The position numbers and the translations under genes are program-made. A stretch of DNA of 64,000 bases from NCBI GenBank assembly GCA_965228735.1, contig OZ245838.1:1312001-1376000 (forward strand), in the 5' to 3' direction. Source of the stretch: Planctomycetota bacterium. GTDB taxonomy: Bacteria > Planctomycetota > UBA1135 > UBA2386. This document shows positions 21,251-31,418 of the stretch, piece by piece. Position 1 is the stretch's first letter, and every line of letters starts with the position of its first letter. Under the pieces are notes generated by a model. The model ran no database searches. It was not told the DNA's origin and saw only the letters and a program-made list of their open reading frames with translations.

Positions 21251-23527
21251 TCATTGGTCGAACTCTTCGGGCAGGCAGTAGTTCCACTTGATCCAACGGT
21301 TCATCGTCGCCGGACTCCCGAGCAGATGACCGCCGTACTCGAGCGCCTTCGCCCGTTTGGCGCTGTCGTTCGTCATCGCCGCCAGATGATAGAGGCCGAC
21401 GGTGAGGAACGTGTGCACGCCGCCGAGCGGGTTGCTGCCCCACCGCACGCCGACGCCCGCGGTCAGATCCCAATGGTTGGCCGGGATCGGGTTGTGATTG
21501 TGGGTCACGGGCACGTAGTAGCGCAGACCGTTCTCCACGAGACCGAAGTTGGGGTCGTTGAAGTTGCGGACCCACGAGTAGTCCAGGGTCACGAGGACGT
21601 CTTCGGCGATCTCGAGCAGCTTCGGTTCGCCCCAGATCTTGTAGGCACCGAGGAAGCCGTAGAGCACCGCGCCGTGTTGCCACGGCATGAAGTACTCGTG
21701 GTCGAGCGGGAACTTCGTGCCCGGGTAGTTCGGCTGGAACTTCATCGCGCGGCTCTCGTGCGACAAGTTGCGTCCCGGCTCGATCACCTCGTTCACGCGG
21801 CGCATCGCGTAGACCCTGATGTCCTCGTCCTGGGTGACCTGATACGTCTGCGCGAACGCCTGCATGCACCAACCCTCGGCGCGCGCGGCCTGCACGTTGG
21901 CCGTGCCGTAGTCGCGCAGGCGCATGAGCCCCTTGAGGCACTCGCCGAGGAGACGGATCTCCTCCTTCGCCCACTCGTCGCCGCTGATGCACCAGTAGTC
22001 GAACAGCAGATCGATCGCGAAGTGCTCGTGGTCGTACTGATACCACCCGTGCGCGCGCGACGAGCCGTTGCGGTTCGTCCGGTAGCCCGGGTATGGGTCG
22101 CTGGCGACGATCGCGCGACGGCCGCGCGATTCGTGCGACAGGTCGCGAGAACCGGGATACACGGGCGGGCTGTCCCACAGCAGGATGCGTTCTTCCGCGC
22201 CGACCGTGAGCCCCCAGTAGTGATAGGGTCGCACGGCCTGGATCCAGGCCATGCCCTCGAGCTTCTGCAAGAGCCGCGGGTAGTTGCCCTGGATCGCGTG
22301 CGCGAGCTCGGGGCTCAGCGGATGGTTGCGCGGCGTGCCCGTGGTCGCGGTGACCGGCAGATCGCCGTGCGAACCCCAGGTGCCGAAATGGCTGTCGCCG
22401 ATCCAGCCCTGATACTCGGCGACCGCCTGACCCGTGGCATCCGACGGGCCATCGACCGGTCCGCCGAGCAGCCCCGCGGCCGCGGTCTCCTTCCAGGTCT
22501 GGTGCGTCGCGAGCGGGAAGATCGGGTGCTCGAGCATCGCCGTCGCGACGTTCTGCCACTGCGCGACCTGCGCGCCGCTCGCGCTGCCCGGTTCGAACCG
22601 CAGCAGGAAGCGGTAGCGCCGCGTCTGGCAGTCGTCGATGAACGTGTCCGTCATCACCTGCACCGCCGAGTAGCCGTCGTGGGTGAAGACCGTGCCCATG
22701 CCCTCCTCGTCGGGCATGTAGCGCATGAGACCGTCATGACCCTTGGCCAAGAACAGCGCCTTCTTGACGTCGACCGGACCGAGCGGGAACAGGTTGGGAT
22801 CCGTGCTGCTGCCCGGGTCGTCGACGCCGAGGTAGTCGTTGCCGATCACCCAATCGACGACGACGAACGGCATGTCCCGGAACTCGGTCGTGTAGAACAC
22901 CGACGTCAGGTAGTCACGCCCGATGCCGGGCGGGCCGAGCGCCTCGTGATACGTGCGCCAACGCTGCACGCGCACGAGCGGCGATTCCTGCAGCGTCTCG
23001 CCCGCCCCGGTGGCGACGCCGCGATAATCGACACCGAACGTGTCCTCGACCTCGGCGGCGAGCTGCAGCCCGGCGCCCGCACTCCGGACCCATTCGTTCT
23101 GCGTGAACGGCCCGACCATCGCGGTCTCGTCGCGCGTGACCTCGTAGGTCTTCTGCTCGTTCGGCGCCAGCGTGTCGGTGAACTGCGCCTGCGCCATCTT
23201 GATCGTGCCGTCGGGCCAGAGCTGCATGGGCAGCCACGCCGTATGAAACCCGCTGACGATCAGGTTGGCCGTGGTCAGATAACCACCCTGCGGGAACGGC
23301 ACCGTGGCGCGGATGGTCTCGGTGCGTTCGGTCGAGCTGTCGTTGTGAACCTCGAACCTCAGCTCGACCTCGAGCGGATTGCCGGACCCGTTGGAGCCGC
23401 TGTTGCCGCCACCGCCGCCGCTCCCGCCGACACCGTCCTCGCCGACCGAGCACCCGGCCAGCAACGCCAGCGCGCACGCCGCGATCCGTCGAAACCCGAA
23501 GCGAATAGAATGACGCCCGTCGCTCAT
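21251..23527 (-). CDS. Large lipoprotein, possibly YetA/exo-rhamnogalacturonan-lyase-like fold
   Basis: Lipobox LAG|C and G/S linker; ATVPFPQG...WPDGTIK N-terminal motif; helical C-terminus with DYWCISGD and RAEGW. Family call tentative. Confidence 0.6.
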   Translation of the reverse strand: MSDGRHSIRFGFRRIAACALALLAGCSVGEDGVGGSGGGGGNSGSNGSGNPLEVELRFEVHNDSSTERTETIRATVPFPQGGYLTTANLIVSGFHTAWLPMQLWPDGTIKMAQAQFTDTLAPNEQKTYEVTRDETAMVGPFTQNEWVRSAGAGLQLAAEVEDTFGVDYRGVATGAGETLQESPLVRVQRWRTYHEALGPPGIGRDYLTSVFYTTEFRDMPFVVVDWVIGNDYLGVDDPGSSTDPNLFPLGPVDVKKALFLAKGHDGLMRYMPDEEGMGTVFTHDGYSAVQVMTDTFIDDCQTRRYRFLLRFEPGSASGAQVAQWQNVATAMLEHPIFPLATHQTWKETAAAGLLGGPVDGPSDATGQAVAEYQGWIGDSHFGTWGSHGDLPVTATTGTPRNHPLSPELAHAIQGNYPRLLQKLEGMAWIQAVRPYHYWGLTVGAEERILLWDSPPVYPGSRDLSHESRGRRAIVASDPYPGYRTNRNGSSRAHGWYQYDHEHFAIDLLFDYWCISGDEWAKEEIRLLGECLKGLMRLRDYGTANVQAARAEGWCMQAFAQTYQVTQDEDIRVYAMRRVNEVIEPGRNLSHESRAMKFQPNYPGTKFPLDHEYFMPWQHGAVLYGFLGAYKIWGEPKLLEIAEDVLVTLDYSWVRNFNDPNFGLVENGLRYYVPVTHNHNPIPANHWDLTAGVGVRWGSNPLGGVHTFLTVGLYHLAAMTNDSAKRAKALEYGGHLLGSPATMNRWIKWNYCLPEEFDQ

Positions 23528-23706
23528 GACTGTCCCCTCGGCGCGCGCGGCAGCAAGCCGTGCTGCGTCCATCGAACGGAATCGACAGTCGCAGGGGCCG
23601 GTCTGAACGTGAGACCCCCGCCAGTCTCAATCCGAGCTTGTCGGCCGCGCCTGCACGGCTAGCGTGGCGCTCTACGGGTCCGCGGCAACGGCGGGTCCGC
23701 CCCCAC

Positions 23707-23795
23707 GCGAGAGTGGCGGAATTGGCAGACGCACGGGCTTTAGGTGCCCGCGGGCATCACAGCCCATGAGGGTTCGAGTCCCTCCTCTCGCACCA
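23707..23795 (+). tRNA. tRNA-Leu (anticodon TAG)
   Basis: Acceptor stem GCGAGAG/CTCTCGC + ACCA; D-arm TGGCGGAATTGGCAGAC; anticodon stem CGGGC/GCCCG with loop TTTAGGT; long variable arm; GGTTCGAGTCC T-arm. Confidence 0.97.
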
Positions 23796-24039
23796 TTCAC
23801 TCGAAGTCCGTGGCGGTGAGCGCAAGCTGCGCTGATCGCCGACGTTGAGCACGAGCCCGGCCAGCCGGTGGCCTGGGAATCCTGACAGTCACTGTCAGGA
23901 ACCCCACCACCAAGCACGGCGAGGTTCGAGAATGGAGATCAGCACGACGACCGGCGCGGCGCGCCCAACCCGGTCCCAGCGCGAACGGCGAACGAGCGGC
24001 GACCGCTCGTCGCCGCTCGGTGCGCTGCACTGCACGGGC

Positions 24040-25221
24040 ATGACGCGCAGCGCGAAGAACAAGAGGCAGCAGAGGCTTCCAAAGATGGGCCGCCACAGCA
24101 GCGGACAGGCCCGCATCACCCTGAACGGCAAGGTGCACTACCTGGGCCTCTACGGCAGCCCGGAGGCCCACCAACGCTACGCCGAGCTGATCCAGCGGTG
24201 GCTCGACGGCGGCCGCCGTCCGCTTCACGCCCTGCCCCATCCGGGGCAGGTCACGTTGACCGTGCGCGAGCTGTTCGAGCACTACCGCGCCTGGATCGTC
24301 TCCACCGGTCGCTACACGAAGAACGGCGTGGTCACGCCGCAGCGCGGCCTGATCGAGCGGTCGCTCACCGAGTTCGAGCAGTTCGCCGGCAACCTGCGGG
24401 TAACCCAGCTCTCCGAAGCCGTGATCGTGCAGTGGCGTGACCGCATCGAGCTCAACCGGAAGCTGACGCGCGGTGGCGTCAACCGCAAGGTGCAGATGCT
24501 GCTCGGTGCGCTTCGGTGGGGAAAGACCCGCGGACTGCTGCCGAAGACGGCCTGGGCCGACTGCCGCGATATCGAACCCCTGAAGAAGGGCGAATGCGGC
24601 AACCGCCGCGAACGCCTGCGCGACCGGCGCGCGGTCACCCTCGATGAGGTCGAGAAGGTCGCGGCGGCCTGCTCGTGCCGCCACGTCGCGGCGATGCTGC
24701 GCGTCCAGGCCCTGGTCGGGTGCCGCCCCGGCGAGGTCGCGGCCATGCGCTGGGTGGACATCGACAAGACCCCGGTCGTCGTCGACGGCGTGACCCTCTG
24801 GACCTACCGGGTCGCCGAGGCGGCGGCGAAGACCGCGCACCACGGCCGGTCGATCAGCTACCCGATCCCGCCGAGGGTGCAGGCGATCCTCGCCGAGTTT
24901 TCGGCGTTCCCTAACGCGCTGATCTTCTCGCCGGCGCAGTCCATGGCGGAGCGCGGGCGATCGCGGAAGAGCGCGCCGGCGTTCGGCCACATGTGGACCG
25001 CGCGGGCCTACCGCAACGCCGTCGTGCGGGCCTGCGCCGCGGCCGGCGTGGCCTACTTCACCCCACACGAGGTCCGCCACGGTGCGATCACGCGCGCTGC
25101 CGAACAGCACGGCGTGCTGGCCGCGCAGCGGCTCGCCAACCACAGCAGCGCCGCGACGACGGCGCGCTACCTGCACACCACCGACGACGACGCCTACCGG
25201 GTGGCGGCGCGGATCGGGTAG
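24040..25221 (+). CDS. Tyrosine recombinase/integrase
   Basis: GCRPGE (R), KTAHH (K), PHEVRH (HxxR), LANH and TARY (Y); N-terminal RHSSGQARITLNGKVHYLG arm-binding-like domain. Start could be 23932. Confidence 0.95.
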   Translation: MTRSAKNKRQQRLPKMGRHSSGQARITLNGKVHYLGLYGSPEAHQRYAELIQRWLDGGRRPLHALPHPGQVTLTVRELFEHYRAWIVSTGRYTKNGVVTPQRGLIERSLTEFEQFAGNLRVTQLSEAVIVQWRDRIELNRKLTRGGVNRKVQMLLGALRWGKTRGLLPKTAWADCRDIEPLKKGECGNRRERLRDRRAVTLDEVEKVAAACSCRHVAAMLRVQALVGCRPGEVAAMRWVDIDKTPVVVDGVTLWTYRVAEAAAKTAHHGRSISYPIPPRVQAILAEFSAFPNALIFSPAQSMAERGRSRKSAPAFGHMWTARAYRNAVVRACAAAGVAYFTPHEVRHGAITRAAEQHGVLAAQRLANHSSAATTARYLHTTDDDAYRVAARIG

Positions 25222-25322
25222 AACACCACTCGGGGCAACGGCGCGCCTCATGAACGTGCCGGGCCGTGCTCGCCTGCGCGGCCGCCCCTGTTTCTCCAGC
25301 AGGCGAACCGATCGAGGCGACG

Positions 25323-26297
25323 ATGGTCAAGAAGACGGACAGCCCGCTCGACTGGGACTCGTGGCAGGCCGAGTTCAGCGAGGCAGCGCGCGCTTGGGAG
25401 CGGCTCGTCCCCGGCAGCACGCACGTAGGAGTGCTCGACGGCACGATCTACCTCGTGCGCGGCCCCGCCGGCACCAGCGAGGAGATGGCGGCCCTGGGCT
25501 GGGAATACTCTGCGGACGGCGTCCGGTCGATGCATCCGACGCCGAACAAGAAGTCGGCTCTGGCGAAGGCGAATCGCCGACTTCTGACCATCAGCAAACG
25601 CCTGCCCTGCCTGGACGGCGTCGTCGATCCGCGGCTCGTGGCGCGCCTCCAGCACGTGATAAGCGCCCTGGTCGTCCAGCTCGATGGGCAGCCCGACCCT
25701 CCCACACAGCAACAGCGGGACGCAGTGCGAAAGGTCGACGATCGCCTCCTCGATATCCGAAGTGCCGCCGCCCGCGACCGCGCCATCGCGGCAGAGGCCG
25801 AGCGCAAGCTCGCAGACGAGCGTCGGCAAGCCCGGCTCCTCGCGGAGGAGCTGCACCGGCTGCAGGGCGGCCCCAGCGACACCTCCACAGAGGCCGAGCT
25901 CGCGCTGCAGGAGCGGCACGCCCGGCAACTCCGGGCCGCGGACACCGCATTCGGTCGCGAGGCGCTCCAGCTCCTCGCCGCAACGCACGAGCGTGGCCCC
26001 GGCGCGTGGCGACAGCTCTCGGCCTTCAACGGATGCGGCGGTCAGAAGTGGGACGGGAACGCGCCGGTCAAGAAGTGCGGCAAAGGCTTGGACAGGTCGA
26101 GCGGCGGCGGCCCCTTCTCGCGCACCTCGATGCCGAGGATCGACTCGTCCAGCAGCTCGCCGATGCCGGCGAGCACGGCCGAGATGTCGGCCTTCTCGGG
26201 GTTGAGCTGGTTGCGGATCTCTCCGGCGATCGTGCCGATGCACGCTACCCGCCCGCTGAACTCCAGCGCTGCCGGGTCCGGCTTGATCGCCGCGTAG
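25323..26297 (+). CDS. Hypothetical protein, probably 3'-truncated and reading into antisense hsdR
   Basis: GAGG before ATG 25323; plausible protein with a coiled-coil stretch up to about 26086, after which it overlaps hsdR. Confidence 0.5.
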   Translation: MVKKTDSPLDWDSWQAEFSEAARAWERLVPGSTHVGVLDGTIYLVRGPAGTSEEMAALGWEYSADGVRSMHPTPNKKSALAKANRRLLTISKRLPCLDGVVDPRLVARLQHVISALVVQLDGQPDPPTQQQRDAVRKVDDRLLDIRSAAARDRAIAAEAERKLADERRQARLLAEELHRLQGGPSDTSTEAELALQERHARQLRAADTAFGREALQLLAATHERGPGAWRQLSAFNGCGGQKWDGNAPVKKCGKGLDRSSGGGPFSRTSMPRIDSSSSSPMPASTAEMSAFSGLSWLRISPAIVPMHATRPLNSSAAGSGLIAA

Positions 26298-28682
26298 AGG
26301 GTGCGCACGACGCGGTCGTGGGCGAAGAAGTCGCGTCGCACCTCGTCCGGGCCGATCAGCGCGTTCACCGCGTCGCCAATCGCGGCGAGCCGGTCCATGC
26401 CGCTCGCCGGCAGGCCTTCGATGTCCGCCAGCTTCACGCCGTGCTCGCCGCAGAACGTCGTGGCCTCGCCGAGCGCCTGGCGCAGCTCGTCGACGAGCTT
26501 CTGCTTGTCCTTGACCGGGTTCTTGCCGCCGCGACCCGCGCCGTAGATGGCCAGCGCCTGCTCCAGCGACGCGAAGACGTTGGCGTAGTCGACGATCACG
26601 CCGCTGTGCTTGCCCGGGAACACGCGGTTGGCCCGCGCGATGGTCTGCATGAGCGTGTGGTTGCGCATCGGCTTGTCGAGGTAGACCGTCGAGCAGCTCG
26701 GCGCGTCGAACCCGGTCAGCCACATCGCGCAGACGAACACGAGCCGCAGCGGGTCGTCGGTGTCCTTGAACTTCTCGTCGAGCCCCGGCTTGCTGTCGTT
26801 CATGCGCCGCCGGTGCGGCTCGATGTCGATGCCGAGCTGCTGCATCTCGGTGATCTCGTTCTGCGCCGCCGACACGATCACCGCCATGTCGGTGGTCCTG
26901 AGCACGTTCAGCCGCCGCTCCAGCTCCGCCTTCTGGTCGCGGTTCTCGAATGATGTCGGCCCCAGCTTGGCAAGCTCCCGCTCGGCTCGCGCCGTCTCCG
27001 CCGCCCACTCGGCCCGAACCTTGTCGTGCATCCGCAGCGCGGTCGCCTTGTCGATCGACACGACCATCGCCTTGCCGACGAACCCCCGGCCCAGGAAGTG
27101 CCGCACGACATCCTTGGCGACGGTGTCCAACCGGTCGTCGCGGGTCAGGATGTGGTATTGCCGGCGCAGCTCCTGCTCCAGCTTGGCCTCCTGCTCGGGA
27201 TCGAGGCCTGCCGCCTCGATCACGGCATACATCTCGTCGTTGAGGTCCGGGTTGGCGAGCTGCAGCTCTGGGGTGCGGTTCTCGTAGAACAGCGGCACCG
27301 TCGCGCCGTCCTCGACCGACTGCTGGAAGTCGTAGATCGACACGTAGTCGCCGGAAGACATCCTTGGTGCGCTCCTCGCCGGCGATCAGCGGCGTGCCGG
27401 TGAACGCCAGGAACGTCGCTTTCGGCAGCGCCGCGCGCATGTTGACCGCCAGCGTATCGTATTGGCTGCGGTGCGCCTCGTCGGTCAGCACGATCACGTC
27501 GGTCCGGTCGCACAGCCGCTCGCTCGTCTGGAACTTGTGGACCAGCGTGAACACGTAGCGGTGGTTCTCCGACAGCAGCTTGCGCAAGTGCGCGCCGCTC
27601 TCCGCGTGGCACTCGTCGCCCTCGGTCTCGGACACCGCACCCACCGCCTTGAACGTCTTGGCGATCTGGTCGTCGAGTTCGACGCGGTCGGTCACGATCA
27701 CGAACGACCAGTTGCCGGTGAGCTTGCGCAGCACCTTCTGCGCGAAGAACACCATCGAGAAGCTCTTGCCGCTGCCCTGGGTCTGCCAGAAGACGCCGCC
27801 GCGGCCGTGGCCGAGCTTCTGCGCCTCCTGCATCGAGGCGATCGCGTTGTTGACGCCGAGGAACTGGTGGTTCTGGCCGAGGATCTTGACGAGCCCGGCC
27901 TTGTGCTCGCTGAACAGCGTGAAGTTCTCGACGAGGTCGAACAGCCGCGCCTTGTCGCAGGTGCCGCGCAGCATGACCTCCAGCGACACCCGCCGCGGCT
28001 CGTCTTCGCGCTCGACGCGCTTCCACTCGAAGAACCGGTCCCAGTCGGCGGTCAGGGAGCCGACGCGGCTGTCCGTGCCGTTGCTGGCGATCAGTAGCGC
28101 GTTGCAGGAGAACAGCGCCGGGACCTGCTGCTTGTAGTGGGTCAGGTTCTCGTCGAACGCCGCGCGCGCCGGCACGCCCGGCTTCTTTAGCTCGATGACG
28201 ACCCAGGGCAGGCCGTTGACGAAGCCGACGAGGTCGGGGCGGCAGGTGTAGAGCGGGCCGGTCACGCTGAGCTGGCTGACCAGCAGGAAGTCGTTGTTGG
28301 TCGGGTCGGCCCAGTCGACGACGCGGACGCGCTCGGCCTTCTGGCCGCCGTGCTCGGTGTCGGGGACGGAGACCTGGATGCCGCCCTTGAGGTGTCGGTA
28401 GACCTCGCGGTTGGCGGCCTCCAGGCTCATCGCCGAGCGGTCGTGGGCCAACTCGTCGATCGCGGTGGTGATGGCCTCGGATGGCAGCGTCGGGTTGAGC
28501 TTGGTCAGGGCGGCGCGCAGGTTGCGCACCAGCACGACCTCGCCCTTGGTCTCGCGCCCGAGCGTGCCGTCCGGGCCGAAGGTCTCCTCCATCGCGGAGA
28601 CCGTGGCCCAGCCGAGACCGGCGAACAACGCGATCGCGGGCTGCTCGACGAGTTGGTCCTCGGAGTAGGCGTGCGGGCTCAT
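26042..28682 (-). pseudogene. hsdR: Type I restriction subunit R, frameshifted and apparently C-terminally truncated
   Basis: RPDLVGFVNGLPWVVIELK, TQGSGKS, DEAHRSQY, FTGTP; one extra base at 27353-27354 (TTC C GGC GAC TAC); continues [17 protein letters not shown]; resemblance appears to end after PPPLDLSK (about 26087). Confidence 0.92.
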
Positions 28683-28790
28683 GGTTCAGGCCGCGCCGAC
28701 GTCGATCTGGCCGGAGAGTAGTCGTGGGAGCAGGAGGTCGCGTGTGCGGCGGAGGTTGGCAGCTTGGCAACGAAGCACTTCGGCCTTCGT

Positions 28791-30154
28791 GGGAGTGTGC
28801 GATGAACGGTGTATTCGCGTGACGGCTGGTGGGATCCTCTGACCCGTAGGGAGCCCACCGATGACCCCGAAGAAGAATGACCGCCACCGAATCCCGGACG
28901 AGCTGATCGACCAGCTCCTCGCCAACTACGAGAAGCCAGAAGACCTGACAGGAAAGGACGGCATCCTCAAGGAGCTGACGGCCCGGCTGCTCGGCCGAGC
29001 CCTCGAAGGCGAGATGACCGAGCACCTCGGCTACGAGAAGCACGCACCGCGTGCCGAGGGCACGAGCAACGCGCGCAACGGATCACGCAGCAAGACGATC
29101 AAGGTCGAGGACGGCGAGCTCGAGATCGAGGTGCCGCGCGATCGCGACAGCACGTTCGAGCCCGAGATCGTCAAGAAGCGCCAGAGACGCTTCGCGGGCT
29201 TCGACGAGAAGATCCTGGCGCTCTACGCCCGCGGCATGACCGTCCGCGACATCCAGGGCCACCTGGAGGAGCTGTACGGCGTCGAGGTCTCGCCATCGCT
29301 GATCTCGAGCGCCACGTCGGCGGTCCACGAAGACGTCCTGGCCTGGCAGAGCCGGCCGCTCGAGCCGGTCTACCCGATCGTCTTCCTCGATGCGCTCGTC
29401 GTGAAGGTGCGCGACGAAAGCGTCGTCCGAAACAAGTCGGTTTACCTGGCGATCGGCGTCACGCTCGACGGCCGCCGCGAAGTCCTCGGGATCTGGATCG
29501 AGCAGACGGAGGGCGCGAAGTTCTGGCTGAAGGTCATGAACGAGCTGAAGACGCGCGGCGTCCAGGACATCCTGATTGCGTGCTGCGATGGCCTGAAGGG
29601 CTTCCCGGACGCGATCGAGCACGTGTTCCCGCAGGCCACCGTGCAGACCTGCATCGTGCACATGATCCGGAACTCGCTGCGCTTCGTCAGCTACAAGGAT
29701 CGCAAGGCCGTCGCCAAGGACCTCAAGCCGATCTACACGGCCGCCAACCGCGAAGCGGCCGAGGCAGCGCTGGATGCCTTCGACAAGAAGTGGGGCCGCC
29801 GCTACGAGATGATCACCTCGTCCTGGCGAGCGAACTGGGAGCGTGTCGTGCCGTTCCTCGACTTCCCGCCCGAGGTCCGGCGCGTGATCTACACGACCAA
29901 CCAGATCGAGGCGCTCAACTCGAGCCTGCGCAAGCTGCTGCAGTACCGCGGCCACTTCCCGGACGACAAGTCCGTCACCAAGCTGCTCTACCTCGCGCTG
30001 CGTCGCTTCGAGAAGAAGTGGACGCGTGCGCTCTGGAATTGGAGCGCCGTCCTCGGGCAGCTCGCTATCTTCTTTCAAGGCAGGATACCTGCCCTGTAAC
30101 CGTGACCTCACTCCGCCAGCTGGTCGCCGTTTACACCGTTAGCTGCACACTCCC
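28791..30154 (+). mobile_element. IS256-family insertion sequence (1364 bp)
   Basis: IRL GGGAGTGTGCGATGAACGGTGTA and IRR (reverse complement) GGGAGTGTGCAGCTAACGGTGTA; 8-bp TSD GCCTTCGT at 28783-28790 and 30155-30162. Confidence 0.97.
28861..30099 (+). CDS. IS256-family (mutator) transposase
   Basis: VPRDRDSTFEP, FLDALVVKVR, CCDGLKG, QTCIVH, YTTNQIE. Confidence 0.97.
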   Translation: MTPKKNDRHRIPDELIDQLLANYEKPEDLTGKDGILKELTARLLGRALEGEMTEHLGYEKHAPRAEGTSNARNGSRSKTIKVEDGELEIEVPRDRDSTFEPEIVKKRQRRFAGFDEKILALYARGMTVRDIQGHLEELYGVEVSPSLISSATSAVHEDVLAWQSRPLEPVYPIVFLDALVVKVRDESVVRNKSVYLAIGVTLDGRREVLGIWIEQTEGAKFWLKVMNELKTRGVQDILIACCDGLKGFPDAIEHVFPQATVQTCIVHMIRNSLRFVSYKDRKAVAKDLKPIYTAANREAAEAALDAFDKKWGRRYEMITSSWRANWERVVPFLDFPPEVRRVIYTTNQIEALNSSLRKLLQYRGHFPDDKSVTKLLYLALRRFEKKWTRALWNWSAVLGQLAIFFQGRIPAL

Positions 30155-30575
30155 GCCTTCGTCAGCATGGGCGCCACCAGTGCTGAGAACCGTTGGATTG
30201 GCTCCCTGTTGGGCACCGTGCAACTCATCGCCATCAGACTATCGGGCTTGACGCGCTGGTGACTCGTAGACGTTCCAATCGCCAACCCCCCGAACTGGCC
30301 AGCGAACTCCTCTGACAGGCATTTGGCATAGAGGAACTCGCGCGTCACCGCGTGCACGGGATCAAGCACCAGGAACTCGGTCGACGTGATCGCCTCGGCC
30401 TGCTTCACGAGCTCCTCGACGATGCTCTTACCGAAGGGCAGCAGGCTGCGCAGAGCCGCGAACGCTGCCGACCGGCACTGGCGAGCCCTTGATCGCCCGA
30501 AGGAGTGTGTCCAAGCGGTCCTCCTCGCCTTCCTCGCGTTCGTCCTGTTCCGATTGTTCCTGGTCGTGATCGGAC

Positions 30576-30702
30576 CCGACTGCGATCCGACCCTGATCCG
30601 ACTCGGTGTCCGGTCCGGTTGCGACTCCGACGACAGTCGTGTCGGGGATGGGGGCGTCCGGAGACGCCCCATCCGACCCGACTCGGAGTCCCCCTATAGG
30701 GG
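30576..30702. repeat. ATCCGAC/CCGAC repeat cluster with hairpin and CCCCTATAGGGG palindrome (ori-like vestige)
   Basis: CCGAC at 30576, 30587, 30598, 30627, 30673 and 30678; hairpin GGATGGGG(G)CGTC-CGGA-GACGCCCCATCC. Confidence 0.55.
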
Positions 30703-31418
30703 CGGGTTCGCCGCCATCAGAACTGTCAGGTGGCCTTGGACGGTGCGATGGCAGGGGTTGACGGGGTCCCGAAAGACACGTCAGCTAACAGTTCGAAGTG
30801 GGAACATCCCACGTCCCAGGAGGAAGCCATGCCGCGGATCGTGTTGCTGGTGCTGATCGTTGTGTTCTCGCTGTGTCTGGCCAATCCTCAGCCATTGCGG
30901 GCTCAGGGCGCGTGGAACGTGGCTTTCGACCATGTCCCCAACGGAGCGAATGTGCATCCGTCGTCGGATTCGATCGCCAACCCCGGTCGATGGATCACGC
31001 AGAACCCGACGGTGCCGAATGGACCTTCCCCGACGCCGGGCCAGGGGATGAACACCGTGCATGTGTGCCTGATCCCGTCCGGCGTTCATCGCGGCGAGGT
31101 GCTGGTCTGGGACGGCAACCTGTTCAACTACGGGACTCGAGCCTACCAGCCGTGGGCGATCGTGAATCCCTACTGGCCGTCGCTCAACCCGAACTCCTGG
31201 CCGGGGCAGTCGGCCACCCAGTATCGGTTCCACAACGCGACGCTTCAGATGCCGCCGGGGCAGGGCGAGATGTTCTGTGCCGGCCAAGACTGGATGGCGG
31301 ACGGCCGGCTGCTGGTCGCTGGAGGCACGAAGGAGTATCCGCTACAGAACCAGACCCCCACGACGAACGGCGGCTTCATCGGCACGCGCTTCGTTTACCA
31401 GTGGGATCCCGTGCCGAC

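Larger units (their letters stand above)
28686..30400 (-). pseudogene. hsdS: Type I specificity subunit, C-terminal remnant split by IS256
   Basis: Removing the IS and one TSD gives in-frame AITSTEFLVL...GTSTSHQRV...LVAPMLTKA-EVLRCQAANLRRTRDLLLPRLLSGQIDVGAA*, a typical HsdS C-terminus. The 5' part and hsdM are absent. Confidence 0.88.

Noticed and set aside
25248..27353. C-terminal part of the 1144-aa HsdR ORF in the track
   Set aside because: Out-of-frame read-through after the frameshift; the true continuation is ORF 26042-27361.
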